From the NCBI RefSeq assembly GCF_006345805.1, contig NC_043001.1, forward strand, positions 3,782,001 through 3,846,000: 64,000 nt of DNA, written 5' to 3'. Source of the stretch: Octopus sinensis. Taxonomy: Eukaryota. Positions 13,231 through 26,012 of the stretch are shown in pieces. Position 1 is the stretch's first letter. The number at the start of each line of letters is the position of its first letter. The notes under the pieces are model-generated. The model worked only from the letters and a program-made list of their open reading frames with translations. It was not told the origin of the DNA and searched no databases. The position numbers and the translations under genes are program-made.

Positions 13231-14125
13231 ATTACTAGCGCCGTAAGTACAATATCTTCGAATATCTACAGCATTACAATATTGTATATTTTGCGCAGGC
13301 GCAAGGCCTGAAATTAGTGAGGGCGGGTGCTAGTCGATTATATGGCTCTGAAACAACACTCTTAAGTACTCTAAGAAACCTGCCGCCAAAATTTAAGCAA
13401 CAAAATAATTTTATCATTTTCAAAGGGTCAAAAAAAAAAATAGTTGATCAACCGTTGAATCGAACCTACACCGCCAGCAGATAGTATCGCAATATAGTTT
13501 ATCCGATTGTCAACCGATTTTAGCAGCGAAAGATTCTGAAGAAAGACTGCGATAATGATAATGGAAAGGATAATACTAATAACCATTTTAATAAGGAAGA
13601 TTAGGATAATAACAAACATGATAATGATAGCACTTAAACTGATTGGCTGCAGACCAACCGTACATCCAGCTCATCCCGAAAAAATACTCTTCTGCCAGCT
13701 GTTTAATGCTAAAGGCTGAAGATAAATAGTAGCTTGGTGTGACCGCTTATATTTACTGAAATAAAATATACTCATGTATGCGATTGTTCGAAACAATATC
13801 ACAGTTGGCATACAGTGCTTAGGTCAAGCTTAACTATTTAATTGGCTCTTGTTAGATTAAACGTTATTATGACATTTCAGCGAAACTGCTTATTTTTTGT
13901 TTGTTTGTTAAGGTGAAGTGGTTGTGGGGTGAGTGGCAGCGAGAGGGAGGGGGTAACTTGGCAACGACACTTATCTGGAAATAACTTTTCATTAGAATTA
14001 TCAGAGTTGTGCATCTGTATACATCTCTGAATGGAAGTGCAAATGAGGCTGAAAAATGATTGTGTCAGCCTTGCTTAGTCTAGTGTTTGTGTATGTGTGT
14101 GTGTGTGGTGTGTATATATATATAT

Positions 14126-14193
<68 letters not shown>

Positions 14194-14399
14194 AGTGGGT
14201 AAGGATGTGTATAGAAAATGCATGTGTGTGTGAGTGTGATTATGTTTGTTTATATCCCACTTGACTTGGCACGATTTCCAATGTCTATTGGTTTTCATAG
14301 TTCAGCAGGAAAATGTGCTTCATTCCAAAAATTGTCTATAATTGTACAACAGAGATACATACAAACACAACAGTATAGACACACACACACATGTAATAT

Positions 14400-14487
<88 letters not shown>

Positions 14488-14611
14488 TATATATATATAT
14501 ATATTGATCTAAATTATTAATAAAACTCTTCCGATCAGTTAGGTCCAATAATGAAGCAAGGTAGCTAATTATGTAACACTGATTCGTTAATTAATGACAC
14601 TGGACTAAAAA

Positions 14612-14677
<66 letters not shown>

Positions 14678-14759
14678 CTTGAATTTTCTTGAGGTTAAGT
14701 ATCCCGACCCGGTCTAGTAGTCCTTGTATAAGTGTTAAGTATGATGAACAATATGCCTA

Positions 14760-15040
14760 GTTTCTTGAGGTGAATTATTTAGATCCCAAAGAATTCCTTT
14801 CAGCAATTGGCGATGATGCTCCTCCACTACTCCTGCTCATGATCAGAGATGCACGATTCGCGAACCACTAAGGGATATACTCATCCAGGTTAAGCAGGTG
14901 CAAACAAATCTAAGATATAATGCGGAATAATTGCTGTAGCCCATCTTTTACACCAAGAAACACAAGTACGTGATAACGTTTCCAAATGGTTAAGATCAGA
15001 GGCTATGAGAATCACTGCCTGAAACTGCAACAGGGATATT
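14760..15040 (+). mobile_element. Truncated copy of a non-coding ~560 bp (AAT)n-associated element
   Basis: GAGGTGAATTAT..CCCAAAGAATTCC..GATGCTCCTCCACTACTC..TGATCAGAGATGC..TTGCTGTAGCCCATCTTTTA..TTAAGATCAGA aligns with 18100-18380. Confidence 0.7.
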
Positions 15041-15327
15041 ATTACTATTATTATTATCATTATTATTATTATTACTGTGTGAGCGAGCAATACATGCTAT
15101 TAAAGAGACATTGGTGTAAAACATACGAGGCCCAATATACCCATCATAACTACCAAACTCACAAGGGTACACCAAGCACATATGGGTGACATAGTGACAT
15201 AGTATCAAGGTAAATAGCTCATGACCTTGCTGGTGGCGCCCAGTTAGAATTTTCTTCAGGCCGAGCAGCTCATCCTGCTTAAAAGTTCCCTGAACAAGGG
15301 TTGTTTAAGGATGTTGAACAAAACACC

Positions 15328-15938
15328 TGTAGTGATCCTATACAATGGCGCGCGCTTGCACACCGTCCATTTGTATTTCGCGCGTGTTGGTGCCTTTACC
15401 AAGGCAGAGAGAGGAAGGGCCCTCTCGCGCATGCGTGAAGCACCGGAAGAAGAACCCTTTTGCCTACGTAGCAGTTAGCCGAGGCAAGGGGGTCGTAAGA
15501 CGTTGACCACCAGCGTCCAGCAGCAGCGGCGACTTGGGACGGCAGCGATTGACGGCGACGGTCACGAAATATTTTCTCTCTGTTCGAACTGATTCTAGTA
15601 GCACCATACCAAAAGGCCTTTAACCAAAATTGTTGCAGACCAACATCGTCTCCATTGTTCGACGCCATCTTGAACCCGTTCTGTTTTTAGCGGCTGAACA
15701 TTGTAAATATTACAATCGATTAACTTTCAGCCTTGCGCGCCCAGAACCAAGGACATCAGATAACCACTTATTGTTACTGTTACCAAGAAAGAGAATAAAG
15801 TAGTATATATATATTTTACGTCCTCGTCTTGGTTTTCTGACTGGTAGAATTCTGGATTATTGAAGCAACGGCTAGTGATTGCTTTCTTGTACCCCGAAAG
15901 TACAAGAGAGATATACTCACTCACTAAAGTTCGTTACA
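15328..15938 (+). repeat. 5' LTR
   Basis: TGTAGTGATCC...AAAGTTCGTTACA; AATAAA at 15794; stem-loop CTTGTAC-CCCGAAA-GTACAAG near the 3' end. Confidence 0.92.
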
Positions 15939-15939
15939 C

Positions 15940-15958
15940 TGGTGACACCCGACGTGAT
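15940..15958 (+). promoter_or_regulatory. Primer-binding site, tRNA-Trp type
   Basis: TGGTGACACCCGACGTGAT, one extra A relative to the tRNA-Trp PBS TGGTGACCCCGACGTGAT; 1 nt after the 5' LTR. Confidence 0.85.
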
Positions 15959-17468
15959 TCTGGTCTAAAACCAGAGATCACTAATCAACAAAGAAATCCA
16001 GTTTTTCTGCGAAGTCGAAACACAATTAACTCTACGCATTCACCTTTCGACGATTTGTCTCCGTCCTCTCGGACCGTTATAGAAGGGGCCCTTTTCTTAT
16101 TCTACAGCCATGATGACGAACGCCATCATATCAACGATGCCTTTTCTCCACCTTCGTCATCGCCATCGTCGTCTTTCTACTTCACGTCGTCGCTATCTTC
16201 GTCGCCATCATCACTAAGAACGGTGTTGTCTCAAGTCCACTACAGTCGCCTTCCTCCACCACCGTCGCCTTTCAACACCGTCGACCAAGATGTACATAGC
16301 AACTCGCGGAACTTTAGCGTGCACGCTGTATGTGCATATGCACACCAAAGAAAAACAGCACCGTCTATCTACGAGACTCTTCTGATCCAGTTAACATGTC
16401 ACAGCATCGAAGCTACAACCGCTACACATTGTGTTCAACCGGCATCTGTATTTTGTGATTTCAACATTTCTGTTACAGAACGAACTGCTATTGTGCATCA
16501 GGCTATTACAGACTGGTAAATTAACTCTTGTCTGGAATAGCCCCGAGAGACATTTTTTCTATGCGCTGTATTTTTTTATATTTTGCTCGCATTCACCTTG
16601 TATGTATTTCTGTCGCACACACGTACACACACATAAAGGCTCTCTCTCACATACATACGTCACACATGCTTTTCTCGCTTGTTTTTTTCCATGCTAAATT
16701 TGCCTTTTGTGGACACACCGCATTTCTATAGACCCCAGGGGTCACGTATACATAGAGAGGGTTGTTTGTTCATTATAACGCGCCAGCATGTCATACTTTT
16801 GTTCCTGTACAAACGAGGCATATAATCGCTCAACCACTGGCATATTCATTGCTGTTTTTTCGGCCTGGCAAGCCCTATTGCATTTCATGCGCCTTTTGCT
16901 TCGCACGTGTACTTGCCTTGTTTTTTGCAACACGTTTGCAGTAGCTCAGTTTTTTTCCCGACTCATAGGACGTCGGATGTTCACATGCGCTGCGCCATGT
17001 TTAGGCGTAATTATTTTTCCCTGTTAGACCACTGTTGGTCACGTAATTAACAGAAAATTACCTGTGTCGCGCATCACACCAGCATGTTTGCACTTTTGCC
17101 TTTTGTGTTACTAGCGAGCTTCTGTCAATTCCATTTCCTCTCCTGCAGCAATTGATTTAACTGCTATTTTGCAGGATCAACCACCTTTAGAGAAGTTGGA
17201 TTTTAATTTCGCCTAGGTTCATTGACTGTGAGTTTTGCTTTCCCTCCGCTCCTTTCATCGGAAGGGTTTATACTTTGTGACGTATACACTTTCATGCATG
17301 CACTCTTTATTTTTGCTCATTGAGTATTTTTTCTCTTTTTCCTTTAGTAAATTTCTTGTGTATGTTATAAATTTTGCCATTTTATTATATTGTGTGCTAT
17401 TTGGTTATCTGGTGTCCACCTTGAGTTTTATAGTCACTACAGGGAATTTTGTGTCGTGCTAATGCACT

Positions 17469-17477
17469 GGGGTGGAG
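17469..17477 (+). promoter_or_regulatory. Polypurine tract
   Basis: GGGGTGGAG just upstream of the 3' LTR. Confidence 0.65.
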
Positions 17478-17480
17478 CTC

Positions 17481-18092
17481 TGTAGTGATCCTATACAACG
17501 GCGCGCGCTCGCGCACCGTCCATTTGTATTTCGCGCGTGTTGGTGCCTTTACCAAGGCACAGAGAGGAAGGGCCCTCTCGCGCATGCGCGAAGCACCGGA
17601 AGAAGAACCCTTTTGCCTACGTAGCAGTTAGCCGAGGCAAGGGGGTCGTAAGACGTTGACCACCAGCATCCAGCAGCAGCGGCGACTTGGGACGGCAGCG
17701 ATTGAAGGCGACGGTCACGAAATATTTTCTCTCCGTTCGAACTGATTCTAGCAGCACCATACCAAAAGGCCTTTAACCAAAATTGTTGCAGACCAACATC
17801 GTCTCCATTGTTCGACGCCATCTTGAACCCGTTCTGTTTTTAGCGGCTGAACATTGTAAATATTACAATCGATTAACTTTCAGCCTTGCGCGCCCAGAAC
17901 CAAGGACATCAGATAACCACTTATTGTTACTGCTACCAAGAAAGAGAATAAAGTAGTATATATATATTTTACGTCTGCGTCTTGTTGTTTCTGACTGGTA
18001 GAATTCTGGATTATTGAAGCAACGGCTAGTGATTGCTTTCTTGTACCCCGAAAGTACAAGAGAGATATACTCACTCACTAAAGTTCGTTACA
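17481..18092 (+). repeat. 3' LTR
   Basis: Near-identical to 15328-15938 (about a dozen differences counted by eye). Confidence 0.92.
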
Positions 18093-18408
18093 CACCCATG
18101 TTTCAAGAGGTGAATTATTCAAACCCCACAGAATTCCTCTCAACACATGGCTATGATGCTCCTCCACTACTCTTGCTCATGATCAGAGATGCGCATATCG
18201 TCAGCCCCTAAGGGACATGCTCAACTGTTTAAGGTCAAACAACTGACAAGCAAATCTATTGAGCAGAATATTTGCTGTAGCCCATCTTTTATATCAAATC
18301 AAAACAATGTACATGATAACACTTCCAATCAGTTAAGATCAGAAGCCACGAGAGCCACTGCCTGGGACTGCATCAGGGCATTTATTATTATTATTATTAT
18401 TATTATTA

Positions 18409-18444
<36 letters not shown>

Positions 18445-18836
18445 GTAGTTTTATTTTTATAGCGTGCTTTCACTTCACTACCGAGCGCAGCTCTGTGTGC
18501 CTTGGGTATGTGCTGTGATTTGTTGTGATGCTCTGATGGTTATTGTATGGAAAGTGTTCTGCGTAGGATGTGTGCAGTGCCTAGTAGTGCAATTTTCTGT
18601 ATGTTATATGTGTTTGTAAGTCCTGGTGTTTTTGTTATGTATTTGTCTGAATATTTTTTATCATGCCTAATGCACCTACTATGATAGGAATTGTTTCTGT
18701 TTTCAGATTCCACATTCTAGTTACCTCTATTTCCAGGTCTTTGTATTTTGAGAGTTTCTCCATTTCTTTTAGAGACACGTTGTCATCTGCCGGTATTGAT
18801 ACATCAATTAGAAAGCATTTTTTTTCTTTCTTTCCT
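18445..18836 (-). mobile_element. 5'-truncated R4/Dong-like LINE (RLE domain plus 3' UTR) inserted in (TAA)n
   Basis: KEKKCFLIDVSIPADDNVSLKEMEKLSKYKDLEIEVTRMWNLKTETIPIIVGALGMIK..(frameshift)..YNIQKIALLGTAHILRRTLSIQ*; (ATT)n on both sides. Confidence 0.9.
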
Positions 18837-18837
18837 T

Positions 18838-18868
<31 letters not shown>

Positions 18869-19712
18869 TTATTATTGCAATCTAGAGAAGTGAACTGATT
18901 CCAACTAGAAATCGAAAGTTTATCACAGACAGTTATATTCCTCTTAATGTTTTATCGATTATTTCGGTGCCGATTGTTAAGTTACTCTTCATTTCAGTTC
19001 ATTAAACTTCTAATTTTCCTGACCTTAATCTTTTCAGGAGAAAAATAAAAAAGAAATCTCTACGTAAATGTAAGCGATTAATCTTTGTCAGCATTACCTC
19101 CATCGCCGTCATCGTCGTCAACATTGTCATCGATATCGCCGTGGTCATTGTTGGCGTCAACGTTGTCAACATCGATACGTTCATCAACTTCAACAACATC
19201 CTTTTCGCTTCCGCCGACGGAACATCATCGCTATTGTTGTTGTCCTTCCCCTACCCCTTCTTCCTCCTGCTACTTCTCCACCACCTCATCATTATTATCC
19301 TCATCGTTGTAGTCATCATCATCATCATCATCATGATCATGATCATTATGATCATTATCAAATTCATCATCGTAATCACCCTCAGTCCCATCACCGTCGT
19401 CGTCTGATTCGTCACCTTCATCAACACTTCTCTCACAGAGATAGAAATAGGTGGTTGTTCATGGCGTAAAACTATACAGGTGAGAATAAAATGGTGTAAA
19501 AGAAAGTAGGTGCTTCTCATTGAGTGACCGAATAACACAGCACACCAGGGAAATAGAAAAATCGTTTCCACAAATCTATCCAGACCATAAGAGAAGAAAA
19601 CCCCAAAGAAATTGCCGAGGACATGCAAATGAAACATACATATATATATGTGTGTATGTATAAATATATATATGTATATATATGTGTGTGTATATATATA
19701 TATATTTTCTAG

Positions 19713-20092
19713 TTTCAGCTCAGAGCTGCGGCCATGCTGATGCACCGCCGTTTTGTGCTACACTGTTATTACGACGATTCTCGTCTAATATGTGGCACTT
19801 GATGAAGAATGGAGTTTGATATAGCTACCCTCATTTGCACCTCTTGCCGTGAGGTAGGCTCATCTGGGACTATCGACAGGAAGAGGTTCAGCTTTGATTT
19901 AAAAACCGCTACATCTACTTTCTGCAAGTTCTTCAGACTCTTTGGGAGAATATTAAAATGCTGTGGGCCCTTGAAAACCCAGGCTGTTGCAGAAGCTGGT
20001 CCTGAAGCGTGATGGCATTGCTGGGATCTTTGGCACTATGCAGTGTTGTCCCGTTCTAGCATTGGTGTAGCTTAAAATGCCAAAATTTGGCA
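19713..20092 (-). mobile_element. 3' end of a CR1-group LINE (ORF2 C-terminus plus tail)
   Basis: VPNFGILSYTNARTGQHCIVPKIP..FCNSLGFQGP/FNILPK..VFKSKLNLFLSIVPDEPTS..SNSILHQ parallels 2100-2400; tail GGCGGTGCATCAGCATGGCCGCAGCTCTGAGCTGAAA. Confidence 0.75.
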
Positions 20093-20138
20093 CAATTCCT
20101 TATATATACATATGTATATGTATATGTATATATATAGC

Positions 20139-20357
20139 TGGCAGAAACGTTAGCACGCCGGGTGAAATGCTTAGCCGTATTTCATCTGCCGCTACGTTCT
20201 GAGTTCAAATTCCGCCGAGGTCGACTTTGCCTTTCATTTTTTCGGATTCGATAAATTAAGTACCAGTTACGCACAGGGGTCAATCTAATCGAATTAATCC
20301 TTTTGTCCTTGTTTGTCCCCTCTATGCTTAGCCGCTTGTGGGCAATTAAGAATTTAG
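20139..20357 (+). mobile_element. tRNA-derived SINE, well preserved
   Basis: CTGGCAGAAACGTTAGC (A box), GAGTTCAAATTCC (B box), GTCGACTTTGCCTTTCAT...TAAGTACCAGTT core. Confidence 0.85.
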
Positions 20358-20393
20358 AAATACATATATATATATACACACATATATATATAA

Positions 20394-20475
<82 letters not shown>

Positions 20476-20699
20476 ATATATGCACAAATAAATACGGACT
20501 CACACTCTCACACAGAGAGTTGAGCTTAACGTTTTTGCTGACAGATGTCTTTCAAATTGCAAATGTTTTTTACCTTTTACTCCGTTGTAATTCTTCTTCA
20601 ATTACGACAAGAAAAATATCCCAGTCAGACGCAAGATATCTTATCGAGTTATGTAGACAGGTTGTGTAGGCTGTCCCACATCAGACTATGATGGAGATG

Positions 20700-21430
20700 T
20701 CACCATTGACCAGGACAATGCCTACAGAGAGGACGTTTGAAGGAGGGCAAAGTTGCGTGGAAGACAAGCTGCATAGTTTCAGACCATCCCTTGTCCAGAG
20801 TGACCACTGAGAATAATCTCCAGAGTGGTCAATGTTGAAAATGTAATTGAGAAGAAGGTGAAGCAATTGAGAGATTAGAGAAGAGAAAAAGAGAAGTAGG
20901 TACCTTCGGTTGCAGATACCAAAGTGGTAGGTATTTTATTTGAGGGAGAGAATGAAGGAAGTCCGCTCTGCCTCACCTGGCACGTCTGAAACCAGTGAAG
21001 ACAGGTTTCATTCCGATGTAATGAAACGGCTCGCAGCTTTCGGAGCCATGGAATGCTCATCAGTGGAATGGTATCGCACAGCATCTACAAGTTTTTAGGG
21101 GTTCGAGGGACTGAAATCAGTGCCAAACATCATGGTTACTGCTGTTGGGAGGACATGTTTGTTGCTCCTTTTATTTTCTGTAACCTGGTTGTTCTACGAC
21201 AAAGGAATGGTACTGTGAGAAACTCAAAAGAATTAGAGAAATCATGAAATACAAGAGACCGGAAGTGAATCTGGAAATGGCTCTGAATTCTCCATGAAAT
21301 TTGCTAACCGCGCACACTCTGGAGCAACAATCAGCGAACTGACTTTTCAAAGGCATCTCCATCCATGGTACAACACATATCAGTTACCTTGTGATTCTAC
21401 CTCTTCGGTTCCACGCTGACCAGTTTTTAG
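20700..21430 (+). mobile_element. Highly degenerate mariner transposase (catalytic region)
   Basis: KEWYCEKLKRIREIMKYKRPE, then ..TAH.. and HPWY...PCDFYLF, resembling the HDNAPAH and HPPYSPDLAPCDFxLF motifs. Confidence 0.55.
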
Positions 21431-21525
21431 ACATGATGATCTCTTGGCAGAGATGTGAAGAAATGAGTACAACAGTGCAACCAGTCACTGACGAAGACCA
21501 AGTTACCTTGTAGATTTCTATGGAT

Positions 21526-21774
21526 CAGAGGTTCCGAATCTTTTATTTTTTTTTACCTCGGAATCACTTCTATTACTATTTTACTCAACTAGACCCTCAA
21601 AGCCGTTATATATCTAAAAATAAATTGTATTATATTTTAATAATTAATTCTTATTAAGAATTGTATAAACTATTTTGTGTATTGTAGCAGTATAACCACT
21701 TTTTGCACGTAAAGTTTATCAGCAAAATCTTTCATGGACCCCAACAGAGATGTGGACCCCGTTGGGAACTATTG
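21526..21774. mobile_element. Possible old hAT-type MITE
   Basis: Imperfect termini CAGAGGTTCCGAA and GTTGGGAACTATTG resemble CAGxGGTTCCCAA TIRs; no TSD seen. Confidence 0.4.
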
Positions 21775-22039
21775 CTCAATTGGAACGGCTTCTATTAGTT
21801 AATCAAAATTAATGCCTATCTTTGAATTACATTTTAATTGAATCCGTGTATGTACGAAAGTACACACATATACACACATGCACACACACTCACACACATA
21901 TACACTCACAAATATGTATACATATATATGTGTGTGTGTATCACGTAATCGATCATGAAACGCTGGTCACAATGCACTTCCCATAATTATGGCATTCGGA
22001 TGATGACATCCTGCTTATCGTAAGGCACGTCCGTCGGAA

Positions 22040-22190
22040 AGTTACCTGTTTAGAGCTGTGTAGACTGGTGCAAAACAAGACGGAAGTATTTTGCTCAAGA
22101 AACTACATGCCACTCGATCTGGGAATCGAACACACGGTCTTACGATCGTGAGTCCATCGTCGTTGTCCAAAAGGCCACGCACCTTCACAT
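22040..22190 (-). mobile_element. tRNA-derived SINE 5' portion
   Basis: Reverse complement TGAAGGTGCGTGGCC..ACGATCGT..GTTCGATTCCC..TTCTTGAGCAA aligns with 60666-60790. Confidence 0.7.
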
Positions 22191-22449
22191 ACAAGCACAA
22201 AGACACACACACACACACACACAAACACACTCACAGCTGGGTGTATGTGTACACACCCACATGTAAACATCTATCCGATATTCGCACAAAATTAACTGCA
22301 CCGAATAAAATGTATTTATTAAATACGATCGCAGAGATACGAGGCGAGGGCTCCTTGGGGTTAACCGTACGATGCACGCAAGAAACAGCGTCTAGCCAGC
22401 CACCTCGCATTGTATAATATATATGCATGCATATGTATGTATGCATGCA

Positions 22450-22542
<93 letters not shown>

Positions 22543-24962
22543 GTGTGTGTGTGTCCTTATATGTGTAATTCCAAGAACAGTTCTAAGAGTAAAATTAAAA
22601 ACAGAATGGAATCGTTAGACGAAACTAATTATTACCTTTATTTATTTTTTTTTTGGGGGGAAATTTAACAAGAATTTCAGTTTTTTGAAAGATTTTATTA
22701 ATTTAGTAGCGACTGTTTCTTTAATCAAAAGCTTTATATTTTATATTTTGTGTTTTTTCTTTTTTTTATTAGGTAGACACATAATTGTAATTTGAAAAAT
22801 TCGATATAAGAATATTTAAAACAAAACAGAAACGAAAAAGAAATTTCTCCCAGAAAATAAGAAAAGATTAAGAAAAAAAAAATTGAAATTCTCCAGCATC
22901 TGAGCATCTGTAGAATAATCTGATAGTTAGACAGTAGGATGATTAATGAGAAAGTTTCAAAGAATTCTAGTAGACAACCGATAATTGTTAATTCCGACTT
23001 TAGTTCGGCAACCCGATATGAACAGATGTTGAAAATGTTTACAAGGAAATTAATATTTAATGAAAATGAACCAAACTGTTGTTGTTGTCGTCGCTTAGAG
23101 CCAGATCAAAGAGAATATGATCGAACGAGTTCCATCCATGACCATCCAGGCTTTCAGGAAAACATCATGGTCTACGTTCTCTTATATATGTCACCATTTT
23201 CTTGAAACACGTTCATGTACAATATGTGGTTGATTTGGGTCTGGTTTGGTGCCGGTTGACAGAACACGTTCAGATTGGTACAGTTTTAAGAGAACCAAAA
23301 AGGAAGAATACATTTCAACATAGAATTTTTAATGAAAGCCAAACTTGGAACTTTTGAAATGGAAACTGAAAGAGATCTAAATTGAAACGAAAACTGGAAA
23401 GGCGTTCCATGTACTTTGAAAAATGTTGCTGATAACAGAAATCGAAGAATTTTATCTATCAGTTATCTGTTTGACTGTATGTATGCCCGTCTGTTTCAGA
23501 AACACACAACCACGAAAATACATATATGGTCATATAAACACACACACACACACACACACAGGAACACACACGCGCGCGCGCACATGCACACTCGCACACA
23601 CGGACAAAAAGATAATATAAGCAGCTACGCACAATATACTCTTTTATTCTTTTATTCTCTCGTTTCAGTAATATATCAGCGGAGAAAAATGAGTAACATA
23701 CCAATATTATTTTGCAGTGGCAAACTTTTTTACGATTGGCCAATCAAAATTGAAGCTGTTAAGATAATAACAAACACCCACAAGAAAACGAACAGAACAA
23801 TATGACTATAACATTCTCTCGTTGGATATGGAAATGCTTTCTCATATGCATTTATATAAACATGTAAGTACACACAGACAGGCACAGACACACGCGCACA
23901 CACACGTACACATGCAACCACACTCACTTCACACTTACTTCTTTCCCTCTTCTTTCTTTTTCTCCCCATCTTTCATATTTCTTGGCCTTCACTTCAATCT
24001 CCCCTTCCTTCCTCTTTTACCTCACTCTCTCCCTTTCCTTTTTTCTTTCTTTCTCGTCCTCTGTCTTTACCTCTCTCCTCTCCTTCCACGTGACCGCTGT
24101 TCCGCCGAGCCTGACCTTACTTTCTTGGTCCGACTTCCATCCGTGCAACATCTATATTCCTTCCCATGCCTGTCATCTCTTATGTGCCTGCCGTAAGGCT
24201 TCATTCCTCACACGCCAGATTAATCTAACCCGCCCTTAGTCGAAAGACAACTGTTGTTAATGTCCATTCGTATTTGCGTACCATTTCTCCGTTTTTTCTT
24301 CCGTCCTTATTTTCGTATACATTCGCTGCTTTCTTCCACGCTTAGATTTTTTCTTGGGGCTGGCCAGAATGGAGCAGTCTCGAGTATAACCAGCCAAAAC
24401 TGCTGAGAAGATCCGGAACTCGACTGAAGATAGAAAACTCCGAATGACACGTCCTTGTTTTTTCTTACCCCCTTTTGTATCTTCCGTTTGGATGTTTTGT
24501 TGTCGCCTGTTGCCTTCTTGTTCCATATTTTGTATTCGTTTATATATATGCACACGCAAAAATGCAGTGTATTGAATATCCGTTGACATTAAATCTGAAC
24601 CGAAAAATGTGACTGTTTTGGACAAAAAACGTTGAGTTTATTAGAATTATTATATTAGTCAGACAATCGATTAAAACGTAAACAAAATGTAATAAAAATG
24701 TGCATTCGTGTAAAGATAATAATTATAAAAAATACGTATATTGAGACGGGAAAAATTTTTAGAGAAGATATATGTAGTTTTGTTATTTGTATATGTACGT
24801 GAAAAAAATTGTGCTTATTAAAATTATTGATTTAAACATAATTGCAATTAAACTCTAAATAGCATGTATTAAACAAATAAATATATATTGATTTCTATAA
24901 AAGTAATAACTACTTTCTCCGTTTTTTTATCACACTTACCAGATGATTCCACCCTTCATTCA

Positions 24963-24993
24963 TTCCTGAAGATGGTAGGCTCGAAACGTCAAC
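24963..24993 (+). ncRNA. Minimal HHR-like motif with canonical core boxes but weak stems
   Basis: TTC-CTGAAGA-TGGTAGGCTC-GAAACGTC-AAC; same family as the motifs at 8499, 30910 and 34348. Confidence 0.5.
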
Positions 24994-25169
24994 GACTATT
25001 TCCAGTTTTCTGAAGCGTCAAACTATACAAGTTATTTGTTGTTGCCCCACGTACATCTGACTTTTGACTTTTCTTTTTTTTTTCACAATCTTGAAACACA
25101 CACACACATGCGTCAATATGCAGGCATATAGGCATATATGTATATATGTGTGTGTGTTTGTGTTTGCTC

Positions 25170-25207
<38 letters not shown>

Positions 25208-25465
25208 TATATATATATGTATGTATGTATGTATGTATATACATGTATACAGGCATACATATATATAAACATGCACATACATATATATATATATATATAT
25301 ATCCTCAGTAAATCCTAAGCCCGAAAGAGAAAGGCAATCAAAGTTATAGAAGAGTAGAGTAGTTAGACAAAGTTAATTAAGGCTTGTTTAGGGGTCACCT
25401 AGTGTTATGTATGTACGTACGTATGTATGTATGTATGTATGTATTTATGTATGTTTGTATGTTTG

Positions 25466-25496
<31 letters not shown>

Positions 25497-25500
25497 ATAT

Positions 25501-25690
25501 ACGAGGGGCTGCTGAAAAGTTCCTGTCTTTTGGTAACTGAAAATGCATGAAGATCAGTTAAATATGATTTAATTCAGCGTATTCGCTTCTCAGATTCACA
25601 TGCTTATTGAAGTGGTCCTTTAGTTTTTCTAAACCTTATAAAAGAACTCGAAATGTTGGGCCTCCAAGCAGCCCCTTCGTGATAACCTTA
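25501..25690. mobile_element. Mariner-type terminal fragment
   Basis: Starts TA|CGAGGGGCTGCTGAAAAGTTCC, a typical mariner TIR pattern; no second TIR seen. Confidence 0.5.
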
Positions 25691-25727
25691 GACGCAGAAT
25701 ATTTTTCAGTACCCCGTATATTATATA

Positions 25728-25786
<59 letters not shown>

Positions 25787-25971
25787 GGAGAGAGAGAGAA
25801 AGAGAGAGAGAGAGAGAATATTAGGTGTGGGGTACAGATATTGAATATATTTGTATCTATACACACACATGTGAAGCTATGTGTATAGCTTCATATGCAT
25901 CTAATCAAATAATTATAAATGTAATAATATCTCTACTAATATATATTATTTAAATAGACACACACATCATA

Positions 25972-26012
<41 letters not shown>

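Larger units (their letters stand above)
15328..18092 (+). mobile_element. Complete non-autonomous LTR retroelement (Gypsy-like), 2765 bp
   Basis: Two ~611 bp direct repeats bounded by TGT...ACA, 4-bp TSD CACC (15324-15327 and 18093-18096), PBS after the 5' LTR, purine tract before the 3' LTR; ~1.5 kb interior without an intact gag/pol ORF. Confidence 0.92.
15076..18380. mobile_element. ~560 bp non-coding element flanked by (ATT)n, split by the LTR-element insertion (parts 15076-15327 and 18093-18380)
   Basis: Removing 15328-18096 restores continuous ...GTTGAACAAAACACC-CATGTTTCAAGAGGTGAATTATT...; (ATT)n on both outer ends. Confidence 0.75.

Noticed and set aside
15328-15938. Possibility that the LTR element is an LTR-type retrozyme
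   Set aside because: No CUGAnGA plus stem II plus GAAA arrangement on either strand of the LTR; the CCCGAAAGTAC hairpin is a simple stem-loop
15396-17821. Duplicated 90-aa minus-strand ORF (MASNNGDDVGLQQFW...) at 15396 and 17549
   Set aside because: Duplicated only because it lies inside the two LTRs; no recognisable domain
22021-22029. TAAGGCACG, a miR-124 seed-like 9-mer
   Set aside because: No further match or hairpin; chance occurrence
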